64,000 nt of DNA from an uncultured bacterium (GCA_964613215.1 CAZTHK010000011.1:61297-125296), one strand, 5' to 3'. Numbered from the stretch's first letter, positions 21,518 to 31,787 are shown. Made by a program: numbers and translations. The notes: generated from the sequence alone by a model not told the origin.

Positions 21518-22255
21518 TCAGCGCTCCATCAATTCGACCATATCCTTTACCGCCCTCTCAATCCCCACGAAGATGGAGCGGGAAATTATGCTGTGCCCGA
21601 TGTTGAGTTCCTCTACCTCGGGAATCGCCGCCACCGGCCTTACATTATAATAGGTCAGGCCGTGACCCGCATGCACCGCCAGACCATATCGCTTTGCCGT
21701 GCTGGCGGCATCCCTGAGATCACGGAGCCTGCTCTCCGCCTCCTGCCGTGAGGCGTTGGCATACTCGCCGGTATGAAGCTCCACCGCATCAAATTTCAGG
21801 CGGGTACACTCCTTTATCTGGGAAAGATCCGGACCAACGAAGGCGGCTACCTTTATCCCACCCTTCCTGAGCGCCTCTACCACCGAAGCCAGTTTGTTGC
21901 CTACCTTCAAGAGATCGAGTCCTCCCTCGGTGGTAACCTCCTCCCTCCTCTCAGGTACCAGGGTAACCGAATCCGGATGCATGGCCAGTGCTATCTCCTG
22001 CATCTCATCATTGGCTGACATCTCCATGTTTATACTGGTCTGAGCCATCTCGCTGATCAGGCGGGCGTCCCTGTTCTGGATGTGACGCCTGTCTTCCCGC
22101 AGATGAAAGGTTATCTGATCCGCTCCCCCCTGCTCGGCCAGCATGGCTGCAGTCACCGGATCGGGCTCGGTGGTCTTTCTGGCCTCCCTCACCGTAGCCA
22201 CGTGGTCCACATTTACCCCCAGTCTCAATCTCTTCACTATTTTCCTCCTTGCCAT
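21518..22255 (-). CDS. pdxJ: pyridoxine 5'-phosphate synthase
   Basis: LGVNVDHVATVREARKTTEPDPVTAAMLAEQGGADQITFHLREDRRHIQNRD. The listed ORF extends to 22336, but Met28 at 22255 (MARRKIVKRL...) matches the usual PdxJ N-terminus and avoids a 100-nt overlap with the upstream gene. Confidence 0.8.
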   Translation of the reverse strand: MARRKIVKRLRLGVNVDHVATVREARKTTEPDPVTAAMLAEQGGADQITFHLREDRRHIQNRDARLISEMAQTSINMEMSANDEMQEIALAMHPDSVTLVPERREEVTTEGGLDLLKVGNKLASVVEALRKGGIKVAAFVGPDLSQIKECTRLKFDAVELHTGEYANASRQEAESRLRDLRDAASTAKRYGLAVHAGHGLTYYNVRPVAAIPEVEELNIGHSIISRSIFVGIERAVKDMVELMER

Positions 22256-23424
22256 AAGGCTAATTTTTCCTCTTCTACTAATTCGGTTATACTGATTATT
22301 CTCACGCCCTCCCTCTTGGCCTCTGAAATCATCCATTTCAGATGCTCCAGAGAATCCTTCCTGACATGCATTATCCCCAGCACCTCGCCCCTCCTGATTG
22401 CAATGGAAAGAAGCTTGCGCATATTATCACGGGTATTCTCATCCCGGTTATCCAGGAATATATCATTGCTCAGTACTTCCGCTCCCATCTTACCACCTAC
22501 CTCCTCTACCACAGACCGGTTGGTAGTCTTGCTATCCACAAATAATAGCCCCCTTTCAACACATACCTCCAGCACTGCTTTCATCACCCTCCGGTCGGCT
22601 GTGGCCAGAGAGCCCATGTGATTATTCATCCCCACTACTCCCGGTGTGGTCTTCAGGGCATCCCTCACCGCCTCCCCTATCTCTCCGGAATCCATATCCA
22701 CCCTGATCAACGGTATGTCACCCACATCATCGGCTCCCCTGCGGGGCTCCATGGGGAGGTGGCAGATCACCTCCTTGCCACTGTCCAGAGCACTCCTGCA
22801 GATACTGCCGGAGTGTCTGAGACCGGGGATAACGGAAATAGCAACAGGAGCATCCAGAGCAATAAACTCTTTCACCAGCGAATTATTGAAGAAACCGAAA
22901 TCATCCACAATAATGGCCACGCATGGCATATTCCTCTCATCTTTTTTCTGCCCGGCCTTTTCACTCCTGTTGATAATGACCGTATGCGTTTTCACCCGGC
23001 TGGTGCCTATCTTAATGGTAAGGCCCCGTCCGTCGGCCTTTTCCCGGCATGACCTGATGCTTCCTCCCATCTCCTCCACCGCCCTGTCGATGCTGGCATT
23101 TATCTTGACCAGGGGGACACCGGGGGGAGCCAGGGCCTGGATGAACATAGGCTTTCTGCCCCTTCCGCCCCCCGCTGACTCGAATTCTATATCAGCTCTC
23201 TGTATCCCCGAATCGAGGAGAGCCTGATATATCTCAGACTCCAAATCTCTCTGCACCCTCTCGTACCTGTCATCCAATCCCATATCCAGAAGAAATATGC
23301 GGCCCTCCGGAGTCATGAAGTAACGGTAGAGAGCAAACAGCAGGATAAGAGCAACCGAAAGAACAACCGCAATTATCCTGAGATTGAATGTGCCGGTCTT
23401 TTTCTTCTTTTTTTTCGATGCCAT
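22237..23424 (-). CDS. divergent polysaccharide deacetylase (YibQ-like) membrane-anchored protein
   Basis: Poly-Lys N-terminus plus a TM helix. The C-terminal domain VAIIVDDFGFF...ISVIPGLRHS...VVGMNNHMGS matches the YibQ/divergent polysaccharide deacetylase family. Confidence 0.7.
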   Translation of the reverse strand: MASKKKKKKTGTFNLRIIAVVLSVALILLFALYRYFMTPEGRIFLLDMGLDDRYERVQRDLESEIYQALLDSGIQRADIEFESAGGGRGRKPMFIQALAPPGVPLVKINASIDRAVEEMGGSIRSCREKADGRGLTIKIGTSRVKTHTVIINRSEKAGQKKDERNMPCVAIIVDDFGFFNNSLVKEFIALDAPVAISVIPGLRHSGSICRSALDSGKEVICHLPMEPRRGADDVGDIPLIRVDMDSGEIGEAVRDALKTTPGVVGMNNHMGSLATADRRVMKAVLEVCVERGLLFVDSKTTNRSVVEEVGGKMGAEVLSNDIFLDNRDENTRDNMRKLLSIAIRRGEVLGIMHVRKDSLEHLKWMISEAKREGVRIISITELVEEEKLALWQGGK

Positions 23425-23834
23425 CCCTTCAGGTTTCCTTATAATATATATTTAAATTTCTAACCGTATCATCGGGTATACCGCATCCGCCACCGGGCAA
23501 TCCGCTACCGCCGGCCAAACCGGTGACTGATCAATCATCATCCTTTCTCAGGAAGGGAGCTGATCAAATTATCCGGCCCGCCGCCCGGCTATCCGACAGG
23601 GATATGATAAAACTTAAACGCTACAATTGAAATAAAAAATCTTCCGTCCCGGCCGGATACCGGCAAAGGGCGGAATATTTATGCTGGTCAGCGGCAGAAG
23701 AGGCCCTTTAAAAAAGCCCGGCGGATCTGATGCCCGCCGGGCTTAAGAGGGATATTGTTATATAAATTCCGCTTTTCGTTATTTCTTATTAAACTTCTCT
23801 GTCAGCCCTTCCGTATAAGGAGCAGGTTGTCACC

Positions 23835-24455
23835 CTACCGGTTTTCCAGCTCGTAGGCTAACCTCAATTTATACTTCTTCTTACCATCCTCCTGCATGGG
23901 GACTATAATAAACTGGACGTACCTGTTAGGTGTGCTCAAAAACCTGTCCGTCCCGTCTATATTAATCCTGGCCTCCATATAGTATCTTCTCTCGGTCTTC
24001 CAGCAATCATCACACGGTTCGCCTGCCACCGAATCTATGGGAGCCCAGTCATCCTCAGGCACGAGAGGAGGCTCTATGCTGAATTCGAGTCTTTCCGTCA
24101 CTAATCTCTGGCCGAGCTTATTTTCAATTGGATCACCGCTGGCAGACCTGAACATATTATTGGTTACAGCTATCTCTTCATCCCTGTCGTAATAATCTTT
24201 CCCTCCGTCATTATCCTCCGGCATCACAAACATGTATTCTTCATACAGGATCTGCTTGTATCGCTCTATGTTTCTGTCGTCGTATGACTTAACCAGATTT
24301 ATCAGGCAATGTTCCTTCTCTGTCAAATCCTTGTACTCACTCTTATTATTTTCTTCTATCGGCTCTTCTTTGGGGTCGAGGATACAACCGGATGAGAATA
24401 CCACCATCACTGAAAGTGAAACTAAAAACAATTTTTTATATACGGACATTATCAT
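23835..24455 (-). CDS. hypothetical lipoprotein
   Basis: Lipobox VVFSSGC. 206 aa, acidic. The gene is AT-richer than its surroundings. Confidence 0.6.
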   Translation of the reverse strand: MIMSVYKKLFLVSLSVMVVFSSGCILDPKEEPIEENNKSEYKDLTEKEHCLINLVKSYDDRNIERYKQILYEEYMFVMPEDNDGGKDYYDRDEEIAVTNNMFRSASGDPIENKLGQRLVTERLEFSIEPPLVPEDDWAPIDSVAGEPCDDCWKTERRYYMEARINIDGTDRFLSTPNRYVQFIIVPMQEDGKKKYKLRLAYELENR

Positions 24456-24641
24456 CCCTCCTGTTACTGATAAAATATATCATATTTTCATTCTTTTTTC
24501 AATAGTGGAGTTAATATAAATCGTAAATAGATCATAATATTACTGCAAAGTTTCGACAATCTTATCAGACAGGCCCTTGCTCTCCGGCTGGTATTCCGCG
24601 CCGGGTCCATATAAACTGTAAAACGGTTTTGGATTATAGTA

Positions 24642-25214
24642 CTATTCCGCAGCGTATAAGCCCCTCAAGTGTCCCGATGAATTCAGGTTTTCTGTAATAT
24701 CCTCCCATCTGATCATTTGCCAGTACTGACCGCTTGTATTATTGAAATACAGTATCGCATCTCCTTCGTAGGTAACGGTCTCTCCATCTTCGGTTACGGT
24801 TATGGTGTACTCTCCCCGCAGTTCAGCTTCAGTCGCACCTGCATTTTCCTCATCCCAACTCCCCTCTTCCGGAAAGTCGAGAGTCCGGCTGCCGGTTACC
24901 GACTTAAGACTGTTTAGAAAACCCATCTCCCTCTCCCTGCCCCAATCACTGCTGAAAATACCCGAATAGTCACTTATAGCTCTCTGACTGGGTATGAATA
25001 TAAAATTTTCAGCGATAGCCTCATCATAGCCGGTATTTTCGGCAGTACCAAACCCCTTTTCCATGTTGGCAACCACACCATAGGCATCATCGGGCGGTTC
25101 AAAATCTGTTCCTCCGCCGCCGGGTGGCTCCGGTTCCCTGGGATCGAAAAGGCACCCATTCAAACCAAGCGCAGAAATAAGCAGGAAAATCAATATGAAC
25201 TTTTTGCCATTCAT
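24642..25214 (-). CDS. hypothetical lipoprotein, a possible distant paralog of the neighbouring lipoprotein
   Basis: Lipobox LGLNGC followed by FDPREPEPP, compare ILDPKEEP in the neighbour. 190 aa. Confidence 0.6.
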   Translation of the reverse strand: MNGKKFILIFLLISALGLNGCLFDPREPEPPGGGGTDFEPPDDAYGVVANMEKGFGTAENTGYDEAIAENFIFIPSQRAISDYSGIFSSDWGREREMGFLNSLKSVTGSRTLDFPEEGSWDEENAGATEAELRGEYTITVTEDGETVTYEGDAILYFNNTSGQYWQMIRWEDITENLNSSGHLRGLYAAE

Positions 25215-25236
25215 GATAATACTCCGTAATTCCCGT

Positions 25237-27312
25237 TTAAAAGCTGAACTTCAAGCTCGCATTCACATCCCAGTATTCCTTCCTCTTTTCAGAGATATAC
25301 GGCCCGTAATTTTTAATATACGCAATATCCATATCCAGTTCTCCAAGTCCCGATAAATCGCTGTATTTCTTGAATCCCAGCAGCAGAGTCCCCGATTCGT
25401 AATCGGTGGATGATGTTACCACAAAATCGCCCCCGGAAGAACCAATCTGATTTCTCTTCTTTAATCTGAATTTTGATTCCGCCCTTATCTGCGTATCCTT
25501 GCTGAAATTGTAGCTTAAAGCTGCGGCAAGGCCATCCTCCAGATTCTCCTGATAGGGGCTGTAGACCTCTATGCCCCTCTCATTATCAAGATAACTGCCC
25601 TTATCCTTGAGAAGATAGGTATACTTGAAGCTTAAGCCCAGAGGCTTGAAAACCCTCAATGTGGCGGAGGTATTGAGCCCGGTGGTCCGCTGAAGATAGT
25701 TCTTGTCCGCAGTATAGACATAATCGGTATACTCCATCCTTATGGTGTAGTCCTGCTGCAGGGTTATCCAGCTATCAGGCCTGAACTCTATGGTGGGTTC
25801 TATCAGATATAGGTATTCCACCCTGTTATCGCCGGAGAAGGACTCGTCGATATTGATTATCTCATACTTATCCGCAGTGGCTGAAATGAGAGTACTTATG
25901 GACGGAAACGGCTCAGCCTGGAATCTGAGCTGGCCCTTGTAGAAAACCCTGTCTTCATCCCTGGGATTATCCTGCTCCACAATAAAGAATCTCTGTGTTA
26001 TATATGCTGTCCCCCTTAAGCTGATAAAACTCGATTTCGAAATATTCTGATTTATCCCGGCACTGAGCTCCCTGGCCTCCTCCCGGTAGGAGGATTTTGA
26101 TCCTTCACCCTTCAGGTTTACCTCCTCCCGGTTGGTGATAGTGAAGGAAGCCGCTCCGCTGGTGCTGTAATCATACACCGCTTTGGCCCTGAGTTCGGCC
26201 TTCTCGTTGGAGCGGGACATCCTTGCCTCCTCCCGGTATCTCTTGCTGTTAATGGACCGGGAGAACTGTACCTCCAGCGAAACATAGGGAAGTGGCTGAG
26301 TGAAGGAGGTGAGATTTATCTCCTCCACCTCCTTTACTATCTCTTCCTGCACCGCTTTGCTGGGATCATCCAGAATCTGCAGGGATTGACCCCTGGGAGG
26401 CTCCACACTCCTCTCTACTGCATCTGATTGTCTATAACGGAAATCCACCAGCTTTTTTTTGCCCTTCCCGTAGGTTACCCTGGTCCGCATGGTATCTCCC
26501 CAGCTGGGCATCCCTCCGAAGGTAATATCACCCACATCGCTGCTCTCCTTGGTACTGGAATATCCGTAACTGCCGTTGACCATCAGCTGATCGGTAATAT
26601 GGTAACCCATGAAGCTGCTGGCACTTCCTACGTATGTTCTGTCGTACTTGAAGTCATCCCGCCCCTGCTTCAGATCGCCCTTGAAGGAAAACTGCGAGTT
26701 TATAGAGGGGATAAGGCCCTTTTTATAGATCACTTCGGCATCGGCCCTCTGTTTATCCATGACCAGGGCCTTTCCATACCTTGCCAGCCCGGCGGATGTA
26801 CTCTTGTTATAATTTTCCCCCAGGGAAAATTTAACGGAATATTCTCCCCGGCTCGCTCTGGTAACGGTACCGGAGAGGTTCTTGTTTATCCGCTGCATAT
26901 CCCGGCCCCTCTTAACCGTTTTGTTCACATTCACAGAATTCATAAAAGTCCATCCGCTGGAGTGGAGATAACTGGTCTTCATCGAAGTTCCCAGGGATAC
27001 ATCCACCTCTCCCGCTTTCATGGTGGACTCCCAGACCGGCTTAAATCCTGATTGTTCCTTTGCTGCTCCCTTCTCTCCATCGCCAGCGGCAGTGCTATCT
27101 GATACAGAGGTGTCCGGAAACACGATGGAGGTTGAGTCGGATGTTCCGCCCGGAGACTGCTCCCCGGCTGCCACCCCGTCTTCTGCCATCAAGGGGGAGG
27201 AGGACAGAATGGCAACTCCCAGAATCAGGGATACCATCACCACTAAGACTGCCGCAGCAGTAATACTCCCGGATGCAAAAACATCAATGATGGTGTATCC
27301 GGATCTCCTCAA
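25237..27312 (-). CDS. putative outer-membrane beta-barrel protein
   Basis: 691 aa, rich in S/T/Y/N/K, with alternating amphipathic segments and a C-terminus ...NASLKFSF ending in Phe as in OMP beta-signals. N-terminal hydrophobic signal. Confidence 0.55.
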   Translation of the reverse strand: MRRSGYTIIDVFASGSITAAAVLVVMVSLILGVAILSSSPLMAEDGVAAGEQSPGGTSDSTSIVFPDTSVSDSTAAGDGEKGAAKEQSGFKPVWESTMKAGEVDVSLGTSMKTSYLHSSGWTFMNSVNVNKTVKRGRDMQRINKNLSGTVTRASRGEYSVKFSLGENYNKSTSAGLARYGKALVMDKQRADAEVIYKKGLIPSINSQFSFKGDLKQGRDDFKYDRTYVGSASSFMGYHITDQLMVNGSYGYSSTKESSDVGDITFGGMPSWGDTMRTRVTYGKGKKKLVDFRYRQSDAVERSVEPPRGQSLQILDDPSKAVQEEIVKEVEEINLTSFTQPLPYVSLEVQFSRSINSKRYREEARMSRSNEKAELRAKAVYDYSTSGAASFTITNREEVNLKGEGSKSSYREEARELSAGINQNISKSSFISLRGTAYITQRFFIVEQDNPRDEDRVFYKGQLRFQAEPFPSISTLISATADKYEIINIDESFSGDNRVEYLYLIEPTIEFRPDSWITLQQDYTIRMEYTDYVYTADKNYLQRTTGLNTSATLRVFKPLGLSFKYTYLLKDKGSYLDNERGIEVYSPYQENLEDGLAAALSYNFSKDTQIRAESKFRLKKRNQIGSSGGDFVVTSSTDYESGTLLLGFKKYSDLSGLGELDMDIAYIKNYGPYISEKRKEYWDVNASLKFSF

Positions 27313-27313
27313 C

Positions 27314-28213
27314 CTAACGTTTCCTCCTTTCTCCGTCTGAGAATACCCTCTCTGCTTTCAGCACCCGATAAAGCTGAAACCATTCTTCCAGCTTCAGCTC
27401 TTCGGCACGCTTGCCAAGATCGATGCTCTGTGAAACACTCTCCAGCACATCCCTCCCCTGTTCATCCGTGGTGCCGGCAAGAACATTCTTGATCTTCTTT
27501 CTCCTCTGAGAGAAACCCTCCTTGATCAATTCCAGAAAGGCTTTCCTGTCCGGGGGGGCATCATTCCTCCCTGGAGACAGCTTTAATACCTCGCTGTCCA
27601 CCTTTGGGCGGGGACGGAAGGACCCGGCCCTTACCCTGAATCCTTTCTCCATATCAAGATAGGCATGCAGAAAAACCGACAGCACCCCGCAGTTTCTCTC
27701 ACCGGGGGGAGTAAGAACCCTCTCTCCCACCTCCCTCTGCACCATTATCACAGCTGTCCCGCATCCCTTCCACCGGGGGACTGAAATCAGGATACTGCTG
27801 GTTAAATTGTATGGTATATTACCCACCACCTTGTATTTTTCCCGGTTTCGCTCCCGGGCAGCCCGGTCAAAATCAACCTCTCTGATATCCCTTCTTACTA
27901 TTTCAGTATCTTCCCTGTTACGGTACTTATCCCGCAAAAATCGCACCAGTCTCTGATCCAATTCATATCCCACCACCCGGACTCCCCTCCTGCCCAGCAG
28001 CCCGGTCAAGCTGCCCCTCCCCGGACCAATCTCGAATATAAGATCGCCCTCCGAAGGAGAGACCAGTTCAACAATTTTTTCGGCCACTCCCGGAGATATC
28101 AGAAAATTCTGACCCAGGCTCCTCACCGGTCTCCCTGGATAAGAATCGTTCATATCGATGCCGCCGCTATTATCCATATCTCTGTATACCGAATCCTCTT
28201 TATAAAGCACCAT
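27314..28213 (-). CDS. rsmA: 16S rRNA (adenine1518/1519-N6)-dimethyltransferase
   Basis: GQNFLISPGVAEKIVELV...IFEIGPGRGSLT shows KsgA/RsmA hallmarks. Confidence 0.9.
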   Translation of the reverse strand: MVLYKEDSVYRDMDNSGGIDMNDSYPGRPVRSLGQNFLISPGVAEKIVELVSPSEGDLIFEIGPGRGSLTGLLGRRGVRVVGYELDQRLVRFLRDKYRNREDTEIVRRDIREVDFDRAARERNREKYKVVGNIPYNLTSSILISVPRWKGCGTAVIMVQREVGERVLTPPGERNCGVLSVFLHAYLDMEKGFRVRAGSFRPRPKVDSEVLKLSPGRNDAPPDRKAFLELIKEGFSQRRKKIKNVLAGTTDEQGRDVLESVSQSIDLGKRAEELKLEEWFQLYRVLKAERVFSDGERRKR

Positions 28214-28351
28214 ACGGGTAACCGTTACTATCTCAGGGGATTGCTGAAAGAGTGAAGAATTCTGCTGTTTCTAATATTATTATACCAAATCACATGTGAT
28301 TTCACAACATTTCATATCCCTCCATCCCCACCCTAAGTCCACTTGCAGCAG

Positions 28352-28735
28352 CTATTCCTTCCTCCTTCTGCCACCGCACATGGGACATGAAACCTCATTT
28401 TCATGGAACTCGGCCAGGCACTCCGGACAGGTTACCAGCCGGTCGAATATTTCCGCTATCAGCCGGCAGGCCTTCTTCCGGTCCTGATGGGGTACCAGCA
28501 GCCTGAACCCCTCCTCAGGCTCGTTTATCCTCAGTATCAGCACCTTATTCAACTCCCGGAGAATAAAGTTCTTTCTGTGATTTACTATATGCTCCCGGCG
28601 GTAATGGCCTACCGGTTCCCAGTTATGCTCTTCCACTTCCTGTTTGTGCCCGGGGCACACCGGACAGCCCTTGAAAATGAAAAAATCGCCCTCCAGATCT
28701 TCTCCACAGAGGGCACATTTGCGTTCTCCGCTCAT
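28352..28735 (-). CDS. double zinc-ribbon protein (hypothetical)
   Basis: 127 aa with four CxxC pairs (CALCGEDLEGDF...CPVCPGH and CPECLAEF...CPMCGG) flanking a basic middle region. Confidence 0.5.
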   Translation of the reverse strand: MSGERKCALCGEDLEGDFFIFKGCPVCPGHKQEVEEHNWEPVGHYRREHIVNHRKNFILRELNKVLILRINEPEEGFRLLVPHQDRKKACRLIAEIFDRLVTCPECLAEFHENEVSCPMCGGRRRKE

Positions 28736-28753
28736 ATTCTCACCAGCTGAAAG

Positions 28754-30163
28754 TTATCTCTTTGCCCAGGATATCACACTCTCTGACAGGGGATACTTGT
28801 ACTTACGCATCTTGAACTCAGCACCTTCCATACCCTCCACCACTTTCCGGCAGGCCTCTATATCCACATCCCCGTAATCCACCGCCGTAACAGTGCATTC
28901 CATGGAGGAAACAGCCGATTTCCGGATAAAATCCATTACCGATCTGTAGGCTTCCCTTCCCCTGTTCGGCCGGCAAACCCTCACATACTTATCCTCGTTT
29001 TCCGCATTCATGCTTATTGATATCCGGTCGAACACACTTTCCAGCTGTGGAACAATATTTCTGCCGTGAATAAGGTTCCCCTGGCCATTGGTATTCAGCC
29101 TCAACGGAACCCCCAGGCTTTTAAGCTGCACTGCGGTCTCAAGTATCTCTCCTATTCTGGTGCTGGGTTCTCCGTAACCACAGAATACCACCTCTGATAC
29201 ATCCCTCCTTTCGGCCTCCTTCCTGGTCTCAGAGACCATCTCTTCAACAGAGGGCTCCTCTTCCAGCTTGAGATTGTAACCGTAGAGAAACTTGTCTCTC
29301 CTGCCATAGGCACAGAATGAACAGTTGTTCACACAGTAATTGGTGACATTTATATATAGGTTGCCCTTGAGAATGTATGCCACCGCGGGCGGGATGTGCT
29401 GGTCTCCGTAGAACAGGCGCCGGTAATTAACCTCCGAGGCCCTCTCTATATCCTCTGTATCCACTCCCATCAGATCAGCCATCTTCCGGGCCACCAGCCT
29501 TACATAGGATGGTTCATTCCTCTTTCCCCGGTAAGGTTCCGGAGGAAGATAGGGACAGTCCGTCTCCAGCAGGAAGGCATTGGAGGGAAGCCGGGATACA
29601 GCCTCCGGCAGGCGTGAATTCCTGTAGGTGACCGGACCGCCTATTCCCACCAGGAATCCCATATCTATTATTTCCTTCAGCCTCTTCTCCCCCCCGGAGA
29701 AGGCGTGCATCACTCCCCCTATCTCTCTTCCCCCCTCCCTTCTGAGAATATCGATAACATCATCGAAGGCTTCCCTGCTGTGTATAACTATGGGCTTCTT
29801 GAAATATACCGCTATGGCGATCTGTTTCTTGAATACCATCCTCTGATCTTCCCTGCCGGAGAGATCCCGGTAGTAGTCCAGCCCGGTCTCTCCCACTCCC
29901 AGTATCTTCCTGCGCAGGAGCAGTTTCTTTATCTTCTCCTCTATCTCCGGAGTCCAGGTTTTGGCCTCATGGGGATGTATCCCCACCGTCCCCCTTATCA
30001 TTTCATAATTATCGGCAAGAGCTACCGTCTCATCGATGGTTGATGAATCTATGCTGATATTTAATATCTCCCCCACCCCCGCATCTGCAGCCCGCTTCAA
30101 AACCTCTTCCAGATCTCCTTCGAACCGGGGAAGATTAAGATGGGCATGACTGTCAATCAGCAT
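28754..30163 (-). CDS. TatD-family metal-dependent hydrolase fused to a C-terminal radical-SAM domain
   Basis: N-terminal ~260 aa are TatD (MLIDSHAHLNLP...GVGETGLDYY...VIHSREA...). The C-terminal ~200 aa contain CVNNCSFCAY, a CX3CX2C radical-SAM cluster motif, and resemble small TatD-associated rSAM proteins. Confidence 0.8.
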   Translation of the reverse strand: MLIDSHAHLNLPRFEGDLEEVLKRAADAGVGEILNISIDSSTIDETVALADNYEMIRGTVGIHPHEAKTWTPEIEEKIKKLLLRRKILGVGETGLDYYRDLSGREDQRMVFKKQIAIAVYFKKPIVIHSREAFDDVIDILRREGGREIGGVMHAFSGGEKRLKEIIDMGFLVGIGGPVTYRNSRLPEAVSRLPSNAFLLETDCPYLPPEPYRGKRNEPSYVRLVARKMADLMGVDTEDIERASEVNYRRLFYGDQHIPPAVAYILKGNLYINVTNYCVNNCSFCAYGRRDKFLYGYNLKLEEEPSVEEMVSETRKEAERRDVSEVVFCGYGEPSTRIGEILETAVQLKSLGVPLRLNTNGQGNLIHGRNIVPQLESVFDRISISMNAENEDKYVRVCRPNRGREAYRSVMDFIRKSAVSSMECTVTAVDYGDVDIEACRKVVEGMEGAEFKMRKYKYPLSESVISWAKR

Positions 30164-30167
30164 TGGT

Positions 30168-31715
30168 TCATTCCCCCTTCAGTTCTTCCGGGATATCCTT
30201 GATGCGGGGAAACAACGGCTCGGGCCTCTGTAATCCCTCCGCCCCCACCTCCCGGGGAGGCAGCTGATCCATCTCCATCCCCTCCTCCACTCCCAGCCCT
30301 GTGAGCATCGCCTCCATCTTAACCGGCATAAAGGGCATAAGCACATGCCCTGTAATATGCAATACCGCCAGCAATTCGGCGAAAACATCGCTCAGCTGAT
30401 CCCGTCGCCTCTCATCCCCGGCCATTTCCCAGGGTTTATTCTCCTCTATAAATTTATTGGCCCTCTGTATCACTGGCCACCATGAGTTCAGAGCTACGGA
30501 AAATTTCAAATTATCCATATGTTCACGATAATCTTCCAATGCCTTCAGGACCTCGCCGTATAGGACTGATCTTTCTCCGAACACAGCGGTTTCAACATTT
30601 CCTTCAAGATACTTGCCTATCATAGAGGTGGTCCTGCTGAACAGATTGCCCAGTTCATTGGCCAGATCGGAGTTGTACCGGTCCACCAGGCGGTTGATGG
30701 AAATATCGCTGTCCTTATCGAAGGGAACCTCCCTCAACAGAAGATAGCGCAATCCGTCCGGCCCGAAGGTATCCTTCATCACCCCGGGGTCCAGTATGTT
30801 GCCTCTGGTCTTGCTCATCTTTTCTCCCGACAGGGAGATGAATCCATGGGCAAATATGCTCCGGGGCAGCTCCACCCCGCCCGCCATCAGCATGGCCGGC
30901 CATATAATGCAGTGAAACCTGGTAATATCCTTGCCTATTACGTGAACATCAGCCGGCCAGTAGCGGTCAAAAAGATCCGTCTTTTCTCCCCCGTAACCCA
31001 GAGCGGATATGTAATTTATCAGGGCATCGAACCACACGTATATTACATGGGAGTCATCGCCCGGGATGGGTATCCCCCATCTCTTTCCAGCCCGTGACAC
31101 CGAGATATCCTCCAGCCCGCTCTCTATAACATTTACAATTTCGTTTTCCCTTATTACCGGCCGGATGAATCCCGGATTTGCCCTGATATGCCGGAGCAGA
31201 GGTTCTCCGAATTGGGAGAGTTTGAAGAAATAGTTCTCTTCACTCAGCGTCCTGGGCTTCTCCTTATGGCGGGGGCACAATCCCTCCTCCAGATCCTTTT
31301 CGCTGATATACTCCTCGCACGATTCACAGTAGAGCCCTTCATACTTCCCCCGGTATATGTATCCGTTCTCATTTATCTTCCTGAACAGATGCTCCACCGC
31401 TCTGATATGACGCTCTTCGGAAGTATGGATAAAATCATCGCAGGAGATATTCAGGTTTTTCCAGATGGTCCTGAATTCCCCGGACATATCCCGGCAGTAA
31501 TCAAGCGTATCCATGTTCCGGCGGTTGGCTTCCTTCTCCACATTGGTGCTGTGTTCGTCATTTCCCATCAGGAAATAGGTCCGGTATCCGCAAAGCCGCT
31601 TGTACCTGGCCAGGCAATCTGCACCTATCTTCTCATAGGCTGTTCCCAGATGCGGTTTCTGGTTTACATAATCTATGGCAGTAGTTATGTAAAATTTCTC
31701 ATCCTCCATTATCAT
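30168..31715 (-). CDS. metG: methionine--tRNA ligase (short form)
   Basis: KMSKTRGN motif plus Zn-knuckle cysteines (CESCEEY...CPRHK). The HIGH-region reads KPHLGTAY. Confidence 0.9.
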   Translation of the reverse strand: MIMEDEKFYITTAIDYVNQKPHLGTAYEKIGADCLARYKRLCGYRTYFLMGNDEHSTNVEKEANRRNMDTLDYCRDMSGEFRTIWKNLNISCDDFIHTSEERHIRAVEHLFRKINENGYIYRGKYEGLYCESCEEYISEKDLEEGLCPRHKEKPRTLSEENYFFKLSQFGEPLLRHIRANPGFIRPVIRENEIVNVIESGLEDISVSRAGKRWGIPIPGDDSHVIYVWFDALINYISALGYGGEKTDLFDRYWPADVHVIGKDITRFHCIIWPAMLMAGGVELPRSIFAHGFISLSGEKMSKTRGNILDPGVMKDTFGPDGLRYLLLREVPFDKDSDISINRLVDRYNSDLANELGNLFSRTTSMIGKYLEGNVETAVFGERSVLYGEVLKALEDYREHMDNLKFSVALNSWWPVIQRANKFIEENKPWEMAGDERRRDQLSDVFAELLAVLHITGHVLMPFMPVKMEAMLTGLGVEEGMEMDQLPPREVGAEGLQRPEPLFPRIKDIPEELKGE

Positions 31716-31787
31716 TCCTTCCGAATATTTATTGAACTGTCCGGGCGCTTTGAAACCATGCCGTCTCCTGCCCCGCCAGGCGGCAGA

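Noticed and set aside
22256-22336. N-terminal 27-codon extension of pdxJ (ORF start 22336)
   Set aside because: The extension has no homology to PdxJ N-termini and would overlap the upstream YibQ-like gene by 100 nt. The internal Met at 22255 fits the family start.
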